A DNA stretch of 60,139 nucleotides from Octopus bimaculoides (taxonomy: Eukaryota), in contig NC_068983.1 in assembly GCF_001194135.2 (NCBI RefSeq), positions 129,156,684 through 129,216,822 of the forward strand, read 5' to 3'. The notes beneath the pieces were generated by a model. The model saw nothing but the letters and a program-made list of their open reading frames with translations. It made no database searches and was not told the DNA's origin. The position numbers and the translations under genes are program-made. Of this stretch, positions 38,306 to 49,832 are shown piece by piece. Within the stretch, counting starts at the first letter, position 1. Each line of letters begins with the position of its first letter.

Positions 38306-38918
38306 ATGTTATGCGTCATAAATATTGGTTTGGGGAAGTGGAAAAGGCCCAACCACAACCGAAAAGAGAACTCCATGTGAAGGTGTTTCTTCCCTCTCTT
38401 TGGTGGGATTGCAAAGGAGTCATCCACATTCAGTTACTATTAACTAATGCAACCATCAATTCTAAGATATTGTGTCAGCAATTAAAGCTTTTGAACACTG
38501 TTTTAAAAAGAACGGCCAACTTTAGTGAACCAAAATGTAATGATGTTACATCAAGGCAGCGCAAGACCCACACACTTCAAACATCACGTCATGGAAGATC
38601 GAGGAACTTGACTGAGAGAAAATTGCTCATCCGCATTATTCCGCAGATCTTGCTCTTTCAGATTACCAGTTGTTCTGGAGTTTAAAGAAACAGTTGGATT
38701 TATTAACACTCGAAATATCTGAGGAAATCAAAACTGATATGTCAGAGTTCTTCTCTTCGAGACGGAAAGTCTTTTCACAAATGGGATTATAAGGCTAACG
38801 TGTAGATGCAAAGGTGTGATAAAAAAAATCATGTGAAAACAATATTTCATTAGAATGTAAAATGCGATGAATTGTCTTCCATTTTAAAAAGCCGGACACA
38901 TCTTATGCGATGACTTGA
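38300..38918 (+). mobile_element. mariner (DD34D) transposon 3' half with right TIR
   Basis: PKRELH..LWWDCKGVIH..TINS..CQQL; HQGSARPHT; HPHYSADLALSDYQLF (YSPDLAPSD); end ccggacacatcttatgcgatgacttga|TA. Confidence 0.92.
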
Positions 38919-40047
38919 TACATAGATATGTGTGCGTGTGTGTATGTGTATACGTGCGTACATACGTTGGTACATATGTATGTATGTATGTATGTATGTA
39001 CGTATATGAATGACTTTTCATGGCTATACAGAATCGGAGACAATAGAATGATTAAACTCGTAGTTACTACTAGATGACCTATGATTGTGTAGGAAACTGA
39101 AGGGGTATTTTTAGAGACAGAAGCCAAAAAACAAAGCAAAAAAATGATTATATGCATGATTATGTATTTGGTTTTCAGCGTACGAACAAAACATGGCCTT
39201 CGTTTGATCTCGTTGTTTGAAGAAAGCATATTTAATTATCCATTGTTTGATTTCAGAACACAAATTTGTGATAGGAATGGGTTCATCAAGGAACATAAGG
39301 TATCGTTAATTACACGATAAATGAAGTTAGTGAAAACCTCATTATGCTTTGAGCAATATACTCACATAAGAAAGATATTTGCATCGCGGAAAGTGTTAGG
39401 AGAACTACTAATATGTAATGCAAGTTTTCCAAGTAAATGGCATATAAGAGATAGGAGACGATCGTTTCAAATGCATGTTTTGTCAGTTAAATGCGTGTTA
39501 TCCGTTAAATGTTATCAGTAAAAGGAGAAATTAAATGGCGTATATGCATTCAAATTACCAAATTAAACCGATGCATTAGGAAAGGTGAAATACTGGTCAA
39601 GCAAATGAGAGGGAAAGGGAGAGAGAGAAATGGAGAGAGAGAGAAATGGAGAGAGAGATGAGAGAGAGGTAGAGATAGATATATAGATAGATAGAGAGAG
39701 TGTGAGAGAGAAATTAAATGAGGAACCGTTTTCGTGATATACGCGATATTTAATAGAGAAACGAAGACAGAAAGTTAAATTTGGCTTAGATTGTCAAAAT
39801 ATAGCTCACAAACCATCAATCTCTGATCTGCTAAAATATCAAATACTCTATAAATATTGATAGTTTAAAACGTTTGATCAATTAAAACATTCACACGTGA
39901 TAAAAGTCAACCTAATATGTAACGAAGCGAAAAGTGAAGTTTTAAGAAAATGATCAATCACAGATGACCATAACAAGACTGTTTAATGTTGTGTATGAAT
40001 GACAAGCAGTCATCCATGCATATCAGCCTCCCCTATCTACATTACAG

Positions 40048-40065
40048 ATGCTATTCAATGGAAAG
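40048..40065 (+). other. Candidate 18-nt microexon (unverified)
   Basis: cctcccctatctacattacag|ATGCTATTCAATGGAAAG|gtaaac; length divisible by 3; splice-site appearance only. Confidence 0.2.
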
Positions 40066-40497
40066 GTAAACTCTGATACAGCCTGGCATCATTAAGTTAC
40101 AGCTTATTTCCACAGTTGAATGAAATCTGGACATATGCACGTAAACCAAATCTCCAAAAATGCTTATCTTCCCGCTCTACCAAGAAGCAGACAATACTTC
40201 AGCCCAAACAGGAATTAATAAGAAATGTTCGTTCATTAAAAAAAAAATATTAATAATAAATAGAACCACAACGGCACAGTAGTACACGTTTGCTGTTTTC
40301 CTATGAATTAATTATTCTCGAATGTTAACTTGGGCTAGTCCTTTGAGAAACTAAAATTCATGTAGCATCGTCTATCCTAATTACCTTACACCATGCTAAC
40401 AAACAATGAGCAGCTTTGAAGATGTTCAATGGAATGGAATTGCTCTAATCCATTGCATTTTTCTTCCACAGTTAGACAACAATAATTATCTATACCA

Positions 40498-40532
<35 letters not shown>

Positions 40533-40814
40533 NNNNNNNNNNNNNNNNNNNNNNNNNNNNNNNNNNNNNNNNNNNNNNNNNNNNNNNNNNNNNNNNNNNN
40601 NNNNNNNNNNNNNNNNNNNNNNNNNNNNNNNNNNNNNNNNNNNNNNNNNNNNNNNNCATACACATGTACATACATACCTACACACAGAGGGTGATTGAAA
40701 AATAACTCACTATGTTAGAATACGTATAAATGACTTATTAATTGTAATATATTTTCTCAAATGCTCTGTTTGTTTTTTGAAGTATACGTATTTATTCTGT
40801 AATCGTGTTGCCCT

Positions 40815-41010
40815 CGTCGTTCGTGAATGGTTGAATGCTCACTTTCCCAGGTGATGGATAGGGTTTGTCTTTACGTTCTGAATTCATGTTCCACCGAGTT
40901 CGACTCTCCCTTTCAAACTTTCGGGGTCGATATATTAAGTACCAGTTGTGAACGGGGCCCCACTCCCCCAAAATCTCGGGCATTGTGCCTAGAGTACAAG
41001 GAAACAATTT
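40815..41010 (+). mobile_element. tRNA-derived SINE, degenerate
   Basis: gtctttacgttctgaattcatgttccaccgagttcgac..tttcggggtcgat..taagtaccagtt. Confidence 0.85.
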
Positions 41011-41178
41011 GAAAAGGAAACATAACGTTTACTCATGCGTTAATTTCGAGAAATGTGCGTTATTTGTGTGAAAAAATATATTTTATTAAATATTAACTTT
41101 TACTTCCTATGTACATATAAATGCATACATATATGCTTGTATGTATGTATGCATGTATGTATGTATGTACATACACAA

Positions 41179-41238
<60 letters not shown>

Positions 41239-42962
41239 GTATATATATNNNNNNNNNNNNNNNNNNNNNNNNNNNNNNNNNNNNNNNNNNNNNNNNNNNN
41301 NNNNNNNNNNNNNNNNNNNNNNNNNNNNNNNNNNNNNNNNNNNNNNNNNNNNNNNNNNNNNNNNNNNNNNNNNNNNNNNNNNNNNNNNNNNNNNNNNNNN
41401 NNNNNNNNNNNNNNNNNNNNNNNNNNNNNNNNNNNNNNNNNNNNNNNNNNNNNNNNNNNNNNNNNNNNNNNNNNNNNNNNNNNNNNNNNNNNNNNNNNNN
41501 NNNNNNNNNNNNNNNNNNNNNNNNNNNNNNNNNNNNNNNNNNNNNNNNNNNNNNNNNNNNNNNNNNNNNNNNNNNNNNNNNNNNNNNNNNNNNNNNNNNN
41601 NNNNNNNNNNNNNNNNNNNNNNNNNNNNNNNNNNNNNNNNNNNNNNNNNNNNNNNNNNNNNNNNNNNNNNNNNNNNNNNNNNNNNNNNNNNNNNNNNNNN
41701 NNNNNNNNNNNNNNNNNNNNNNNNNNNNNNNNNNNNNNNNNNNNNNNNNNNNNNNNNNNNNNNNNNNNNNNNNNNNNNNNNNNNNNNNNNNNNNNNNNNN
41801 NNNNNNNNNNNNNNNNNNNNNNNNNNNNNNNNNNNNNNNNNNNNNNNNNNNNNNNNNNNNNNNNNNNNNNNNNNNNNNNNNNNNNNNNNNNNNNNNNNNN
41901 NNNNNNNNNNNNNNTATATAATCAATAATACTAAGAGGGTAAAATAATTAATTAATCAATTAATAATTAATAATTTTACCAAGTAGTTCGGAATGTTAAA
42001 GGAACCATTATCGGTAAACTTATACAAAATTTTATAATTACAAGCATAATTATAATTAAGATCCAGCAAAATTCCTTCACCACATACCGAAATTTAGAAA
42101 TAGCAGTTAAATACTATTCCACTACCATAAGATACCTCCAAGACAGCAATAATCCCTACTGAGGCAAGCAAAGAGAAAAATATAACGAGTGAGCTAGTAA
42201 TACTCTAGAGAATACTACAATATATTTACAGGTAGTTTAATTTATGAGAGGGGGGGCACTTTATTTACGGGTATTCTCAATTTATGAGGGATGGGAATTT
42301 TAACAAAAGGATTATAAAAACATAATCCGTATATAAGGAAATTTACTAACATCATTATCAAAGGGCGGTGCCTATGCTAACGAAGTAAACACAAGTAAAT
42401 GTATGCAAAGCAATAACCGTAGGGTGCTCAAGTAATTTTACTCACAGAAATTATTACCGAGAATCGAACCTATGCTCGACAAAGGGTCATGTTTTAGTCC
42501 AGCAGTCTCTACAATTGTTCAGTTACAATTTGAGGCGAGGTCACAGGTTAAAATCCTTACAATTCATATGTCAATAAAATAAACAAGAAATAAAAAGTGT
42601 TCGGAGGAGAAGCTAATGATATAAATCGCGCAGGGGCGCTTATGTCTCACAACAGCTAAACGTTATAACATGCATACGGAAACGGTCAAAAACTAAGTAG
42701 CCTCGGGTTTTGGTGAAAGGGAGGCAACAACACTACGTAATTCGGCGATTCAATTAAAGCTACAATGGAATAAATTTGAACTTAATCTCATATAAAGCGA
42801 ATTGTGGTAATAATTAAATATATACAAGCACACAAGAAAAACCTATCCTATAGGTACGCTACTAAACAAAAGTAAAAAGTCACTTACAATTACGCGTTTA
42901 ATACTTAAGACCAAATCTGTTAATGATTATCAAATAATAAAGTCACAAATTGCCTCAGTACA

Positions 42963-42996
<34 letters not shown>

Positions 42997-44448
42997 NNNN
43001 NNNNNNNNNNNNNNNNNNNNNNNNNNNNNNNNNNNNNNNNNNNNNNNNNNNNNNNNNNNNNNNNNNNNNNNNNNNNNNNNNNNNNNNNNNNNNNNNNNNN
43101 NNNNNNNNNNNNNNNNNNNNNNNNNNNNNNNNNNNNNNNNNNNNNNNNNNNNNNNNNNNNNNNNNNNNNNNNNNNNNNNNNNNNNNNNNNNNNNNNNNNN
43201 NNNNNNNNNNNNNNNNNNNNNNNNNNNNNNNNNNNNNNNNNNNNNNNNNNNNNNNNNNNNNNNNNNNNNNNNNNNNNNNNNNNNNNNNNNNNNNNNNNNN
43301 NNNNNNNNNNNNNNNNNNNNNNNNNNNNNNNNNNNNNNNNNNNNNNNNNNNNNNNNNNNNNNNNNNNNNNNNNNNNNNNNNNNNNNNNNNNNNNNNNNNN
43401 NNNNNNNNNNNNNNNNNNNNNNNNNNNNNNNNNNNATATATATATATATACGTGTGTATGTATATATGTGTGTGTACGTGTATATATACATATATATATA
43501 TATGTGTCGTTGACTGAACACTATTCAATTTTTTTCTCCGTGTTTTTCTCCTTGTCTCCGTATTCTTTCTGTTGAAGAGCGTAGCTCGAAACGTCAAAGA
43601 CTGTCCGTATTCCCGAGCGTCATACTAATATATACATTTGTTATTTACACCACCTGTCATCGTCTTTTGTCTTGTTTTATTTGTTTTTTTTTTGTTTGTT
43701 TGTGAATACTTCGCTATATAAGATAGATGTATCCACAGGCACTCCTGGAAATTACCTCAGTATGTATGGTCCTTGTTATAAGGTATATGGTATTAGGTAA
43801 TTTAAAGGTAAACCGTAGTTTAATGTATATATAGACGATAAGAAAATGGAGAAATAAATAACAATGAAAAGTGAATTTTTGGAGTAATAAAGCAATGATT
43901 TAATTAATTAAAATTTGAGTGTGATAGAGTAAGTTTACATCTGTTTCCGTATATCGGACAAATATGTATGATTTATCTCGTTACAATCGATATACATTAT
44001 CAGAACCAAGAAAGCAAAGATAAACAAAAGGGAATATTGAGAAAGAATGTGTAATGAAACAACAGGAAGAAGAAAATGTTTAATAATTTGATAGTCTTAC
44101 ATTTTAGTTAGGTTCAAAGTTTTATAAATCCGTTGTAAAATAGATGGGAAGAGAGTTGAGTCTAAGCGCTCGGAATTAGCTATTTACCTAGCTTACACGT
44201 GTCCGTAGGTTCGGTTATTTGACCGCCGGTATAATCCGAGGGAGTTATCGCTATTGGGGATATCTGGTGTACTTCTATGTAACAATGTGGCACTAATTTC
44301 TAGGTTGTAAGTTAATTCGTATATTTTCAATGGAAGACGTAATATAAGAGTACAATTTATATCTAAACTCTATACGATATAGGGTCTATATGGACTATGT
44401 ACCGGAATAGTGTACAGGTTTTAAGAGTGCATAGAAAAATAATAATAT

Positions 44449-44701
44449 CGAAAGGGGAAATTTATCGCGTGTAAAAAGAAGTTATTAGTCTAGCTCTCGA
44501 CATGAATTAAATTATAGAAAAATAGTAGACTATCGAGAAATACAAAGCTAGCATCTTATGTAGAAGAAGTATATAGTTCAATAATTAATTTATGTATAGT
44601 TTGGGTTGTGTTCTCTATATTCTACTATTTTCTTATAATTTAATTTATGTCGAAAGCTAGACTACCAACTTCTTTTTACACGCGTTAAATTTCCCCTTTC
44701 G
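44449..44701. mobile_element. MITE-like element with at least 68-bp terminal inverted repeats
   Basis: 44449-44516 vs reverse complement of 44634-44701: 63/68 identical, extendable by about 13 bp inward. Confidence 0.8.
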
Positions 44702-47700
44702 GTGTTATTGTTTTTTGTCGTCTATATACATATATACATATATACATGCATATACACACACATGCACACACACAGACGCACACACCCACACACACACGCA
44801 TATGTATTAATATATATATTGATATGCGCGTATGTGTACATGTTTATGTATGCTTATATATATATATGCGTGTGTGTATGTGTTTATTAAAATATATGTA
44901 TATGCATATATATATATATGTTTGTGTAAGTGAGAGTGTGGGAGAGAGTTTCTATTTGTAAGAAGTGCATGATTGTATTAATTGTATTCTGTTTCTACCT
45001 TCATCGTACATCAAATATTTGATTCCGAAGGTCTTCTTTTTTCTTTTCAAATCTGATTACAATAAGGTCAAGTATTAATACAATATATGACACTGGCATT
45101 TAATATGATCTGAAAACATATTCTTTCTTCTATAAGTTGACTCATATTCAGACAACATGCCAAGACACTCATACACAAACACACACACACAGACACATGC
45201 GCATATTCACACACATAATACATACATACATACATAAACACACACACATATTTATAAATGTATATATATATATATATATATNNNNNNNNNNNNNNNNNNN
45301 NNNNNNNNNNNNNNNNNNNNNNNNNNNNNNNNNNNNNNNNNNNNNNNNNNNNNNNNNNNNNNNNNNNNNNNNNNNNNNNNNNNNNNNNNNNNNNNNNNNN
45401 NNNNNNNNNNNNNNNNNNNNNNNNNNNNNNNNNNNNNNNNNNNNNNNNNNNNNNNNNNNNNNNNNNNNNNNNNNNNNNNNNNNNNNNNNNNNNNNNNNNN
45501 NNNNNNNNNNNNNNNNNNNNNNNNNNNNNNNNNNNNNNNNNNNNNNNNNNNNNNNNNNNNNNNNNNNNNNNNNNNNNNNNNNNNNNNNNNNNNNNNNNNN
45601 NNNNNNNNNNNNNNNNNNNNNNNNNNNNNNNNNNNNNNNNNNNNNNNNNNNNNNNNNNNNNNNNNNNNATACATATATATATATATATATATATATACAA
45701 ATATTAAAGGAAATAGAGAAATACATTTTATATATTAAAAATTTATTTACGTTACAGTATAATATAATTATACTATAAATGGATATAATACAATATAAAC
45801 AATAATTAAAACAAATATACATCCAATAATTTCTTTGGAGTCATGTCCACTAGTGAATTCGTAAAAATTCATATTCATGCAGATGAGTCTCCTCGCGGTG
45901 ATATACGTTCGGAACATAGACAACAATTCCATGGATTATTAAAGAGACTCATTTAAAATATATCTATATTTGCATGCGTGAATGTTAATAATTCAATAAT
46001 ACAATAAAAAAAAACAATAAAAATCAAAAGCAAAATTGAAATAAATAAAATAATTAAGTAAAGAAAATTTACAACGGTCATAAAACGTTCCTAGGAATCT
46101 TCAATAAATTAAACTAAAGATATTCGAATGTAATCACTAGCCATTTTATTATACAATATGATCGATATGATGCGTGAAAGATTTATCGTGGAGTAGGAAA
46201 AATATTTTATTTAAAATCTATATCCTATGAGAAAAAAAGATCAATAAAAAAATTACATATTTATTCAGACACTAAATTCATTGAAAAAATGAAAAATCAA
46301 CGATTCATTCACTCAAATGATTCTACTAAATACGCCGATGGTTAACAAAGGTATAAATATACGATTATTATAAACTATACTATTGCTTACATAACAATGA
46401 CAGTAATATATAAAAAAAAATAAAGTATCAGAAATTTAATTAGTTGTACGAAGGAAATATATTAGAGTAAGCCAATAGCTTAATTATTCTACATATTTGT
46501 ATGTGTATATGTTGTGTCGAAGCCCCCAGGTGAAGAAGTAGGATCTCCCAAAACATATAAATAGAGGTAGTATGGCCGTGGTAGGAGTATTGAGTAGCAG
46601 ACGAGTAACAGTCGAGTAGCAGTTGTGTAGCGGTTGAGTTGAGATCATCCGAAGACGCTAGATAGCGGTAGTTTTGAGACATAACAGTATACATCTCCGA
46701 AAGAACAATATGATTATATATACTAAATATTATACAGAGTACAAGAAATATTCCCATATGTATTATAATTGAAAACACTATATACTTTTCAATAATATTA
46801 ATACGCTAATTACTTTTTCTGTACGTACCTGTGGTTTGTGTCACACGTCAACAGAAAAGGTAAAATGGTTGAAGGGAGAGGTACAAAGAAAAAGAGAAAC
46901 AAAAGTTGTTAAGCAAATGGAGTATCGTTGAAGTGAGTGGCAAAGTGGTAGAAAGTAGAGGGACTGAAGCAGTGGAAGGGGTGTTGAAGTGAGAGGCAAA
47001 GTGGTGAAAAAGAAGTAAGCATGAATGAGAGAGAGAGAGAGAGGAGTTTGACAGTGCTGAGAATTAAGATAAATACATTGCGTTAAGCGCAGGATGATAG
47101 TTTCAAGTAAGTAGACGTACATGAGAGAAAGGGCAGGGAAGGGAAAAGAGAAAGATTGAGAGAGACAAATCTAGAGAGATAGATTGAGGGAAGGAAGGGA
47201 GTGGATAGAGAATAATAGTGAAATAGAATGGAACCATTCTCATGCAGAAAACGCTGGAAAACGTTTCATTTCCGATGATAGAAGATAAAGAAATTGAAAA
47301 AAAAATAAACATTGCTTATCTATCTATCTGTCTTACAGTTATTCTGTCTGCCCCTCTCTCTGTACTTCTCTGTTACACATACTCTCTCCTTCTGGCTGTT
47401 TATCTCTTAGCGAATAGCTTCCTATTTTACTATTACATTTCTACAGTTAGGAGAGGTAGAAAGAAAGCGACAAATAAAAAGTGTTAAGTAGAGGAGGTAT
47501 AGTTGAAGTGAGTGGCACAGCGAGAGATGAGTGGTGTCTGGATGGAAGGTGGCATTCCAATTTTTTTGTTTGTTTTTAAATGTTAATCAGTATTTTCAGA
47601 GTTGTTAGATGAATACATCGAAAGAAGAATACACGTAGATACATACACATATAGATACATACACAACACATATAGATACATACACATATTGTGAAATTAC

Positions 47701-47894
47701 AAGCGGGACGACAGAAGAAACGCCGAAAGGAAATATTTTCAGGGTAGACTGATTCATACATGTAGATATATGGTTCTAAAGAAAAGTAGTTATATAGAAC
47801 AAAAGAAAACTTGATATATCGATAATAGACACATTGTTAAATCAAACACAAACAACTATATCAAATATTGGACGTAACTTTCACTTTTCATTAC

Positions 47895-48155
47895 CATGTA
47901 AAATTAACGCGAAAGTAGCTGAGTACTCCACAGAAATGCATAGTATATCGTAGTTCTCAGGGAAATTCAGCCTCACACAGGATGTGACAGGGATGGCCGT
48001 TTTCAATTAGTTAAGTCACATTTTTGCCAGCTGAGTGGACTGTAGCAAGATGAAGCACATTATTTTGCTCCAGGACACATCACACCGCAGGGAATCGTAC
48101 TCATGACTTAACGATCGTTGGCCGAATACCCCTAACCACCGAGCCACGCACCTTA
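47895..48155 (-). mobile_element. tRNA-derived SINE of a third family
   Basis: Minus head ggtgcgtggctcggtggttagggg..tcatgagtacgattccc (A/B-box-like), then gtccactcagctggcaaaaatg body. Confidence 0.8.
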
Positions 48156-48619
48156 GTGAAGCAACTGAGTCAGAGAAAGTAAAGTCTCAGTCATTTACAA
48201 TGGCAATTAGACTGAAATATGATCGATCTTTTCTAGATTCTTTACTTTTCACAAAGAAGAGGAAAGATTTAGTAATGTCTAGAGTGAAAGTCTTTCAGTT
48301 TAAGTTCTAAAAGGATCAAGTGTTAGTTCGCTCTTTTTTCCACCAACACCGATACCTATTTGCCTTGTTTGATAGTTCTTCACATCTTTTATTTGGTGCT
48401 GGGAATGTCCATGCATTTTTCTGGCATGTTAAAAAGCTTTGCTCTACAAACTACGAAAAAACTCCCACCTCCCTTCCCTTTTTTGATACAAAAACTAATG
48501 CAAATTTCAAACAGATTATAGCTGTGAAAAGAGCCCAGAAAATAGGCAATACCCTATATAAAATCGGTGGTGGAGAAAAGCTGCCAAAGATTAGTTACAC
48601 GAAATTCAACTCCATAACT

Positions 48620-48735
48620 TAAAGGGTGTTTGTTTTCCACTATTGCCTCAGACTGACCAAAGCCTGGAGAGTGGAAACCTAAAAGAACCCCGTCATATAT
48701 ATATATTTGTGTGTGTTTGTGTGTGTGTGTGTGTC
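48620..48735 (+). mobile_element. SINE central fragment (29279 family)
   Basis: ctattgcctcagactgaccaaagcctggagagtggaaacctaaaagaaccccgtcatatata. Confidence 0.75.
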
Positions 48736-48782
48736 GCATGTGTACAGTCAAATAAATGAAATAAGTAAGAAAATAAAAGAAT

Positions 48783-48953
48783 ACTAGAAGCATGTTCCGT
48801 AGCACTAAACCAAGAAGTTTCTTTGAATATGTACGACGTATTTCAAGGCTAAATAGTAATTTTGTTTACGTTTGCAGAACTGAGATATTTTGTTTCGATT
48901 TTATAGTTATCGATCTTACACTTTTTTCTATATTCTGTAAGTGTCACAATATA
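48783..48953. repeat. About 170-bp dispersed repeat, copy 2
   Basis: Homologous to 19629-19795. Confidence 0.9.
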
Positions 48954-49645
48954 GATACATATCCTGTTACCCGCACAACGATTTACACATACTTACACTT
49001 TGTATATATTACGTGAATTTTTCATTGTTCTAGCGAGTATATTATAATTATTGTAATTCATTTATCAGTGTTAATATAAAAGTCATTCTTAATAAATAAA
49101 AAAAAAAAAGGAAAAATATACACAGTTTATTAGATAAAATACGACAGTGAATCAATTAAACAAATGTATCAAACTACGATTATTATAAATTATCCTATTT
49201 CTTAGATAAGAATGATAATAATACATAAATAAATTAGATATCAGTATTTTACTTAGATTTACAGAAGGAAATAAGTTATAGTAAGTTAATATTTATATTA
49301 TTCTATAAATTCGTATGTGTATACAAGTTCGAAACAACAGAATGTAGTGATATATACTATATGATTTATAAGTTCTACGAGAAATATTCATATATGCATA
49401 ATTATTGAAAATGATATAAAATTATATGTAATTACTATTCTAATTTATTTATTCGTACTAATATAAACATTATTTTTAGTAAATAACAAGTAAAAAGAGA
49501 TTTACTTAGTTTATGAGAGAAAAATACCACAGTAAAACAATATCTACATATTTATACATTAATTGCTTATGGAAAAGTAAATGCAACTACATACTTACAA
49601 AAGAAATGTCTTTGATCAAGAAAGAGCCTTTATAAAATTATTCAC

Positions 49646-49832
<187 letters not shown>

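Noticed and set aside
42685-42725. Reversed sequence translates KVVLGSDESK, like a Tc1 first-D motif
   Set aside because: No downstream DNAP or SPDLN motifs in the reversed sequence; likely chance.
47356-47371. Exact 16-nt parallel complement of 5158-5173
   Set aside because: Low-complexity purine tract; a 16-mer match is expected by chance in a 60 kb self-comparison.
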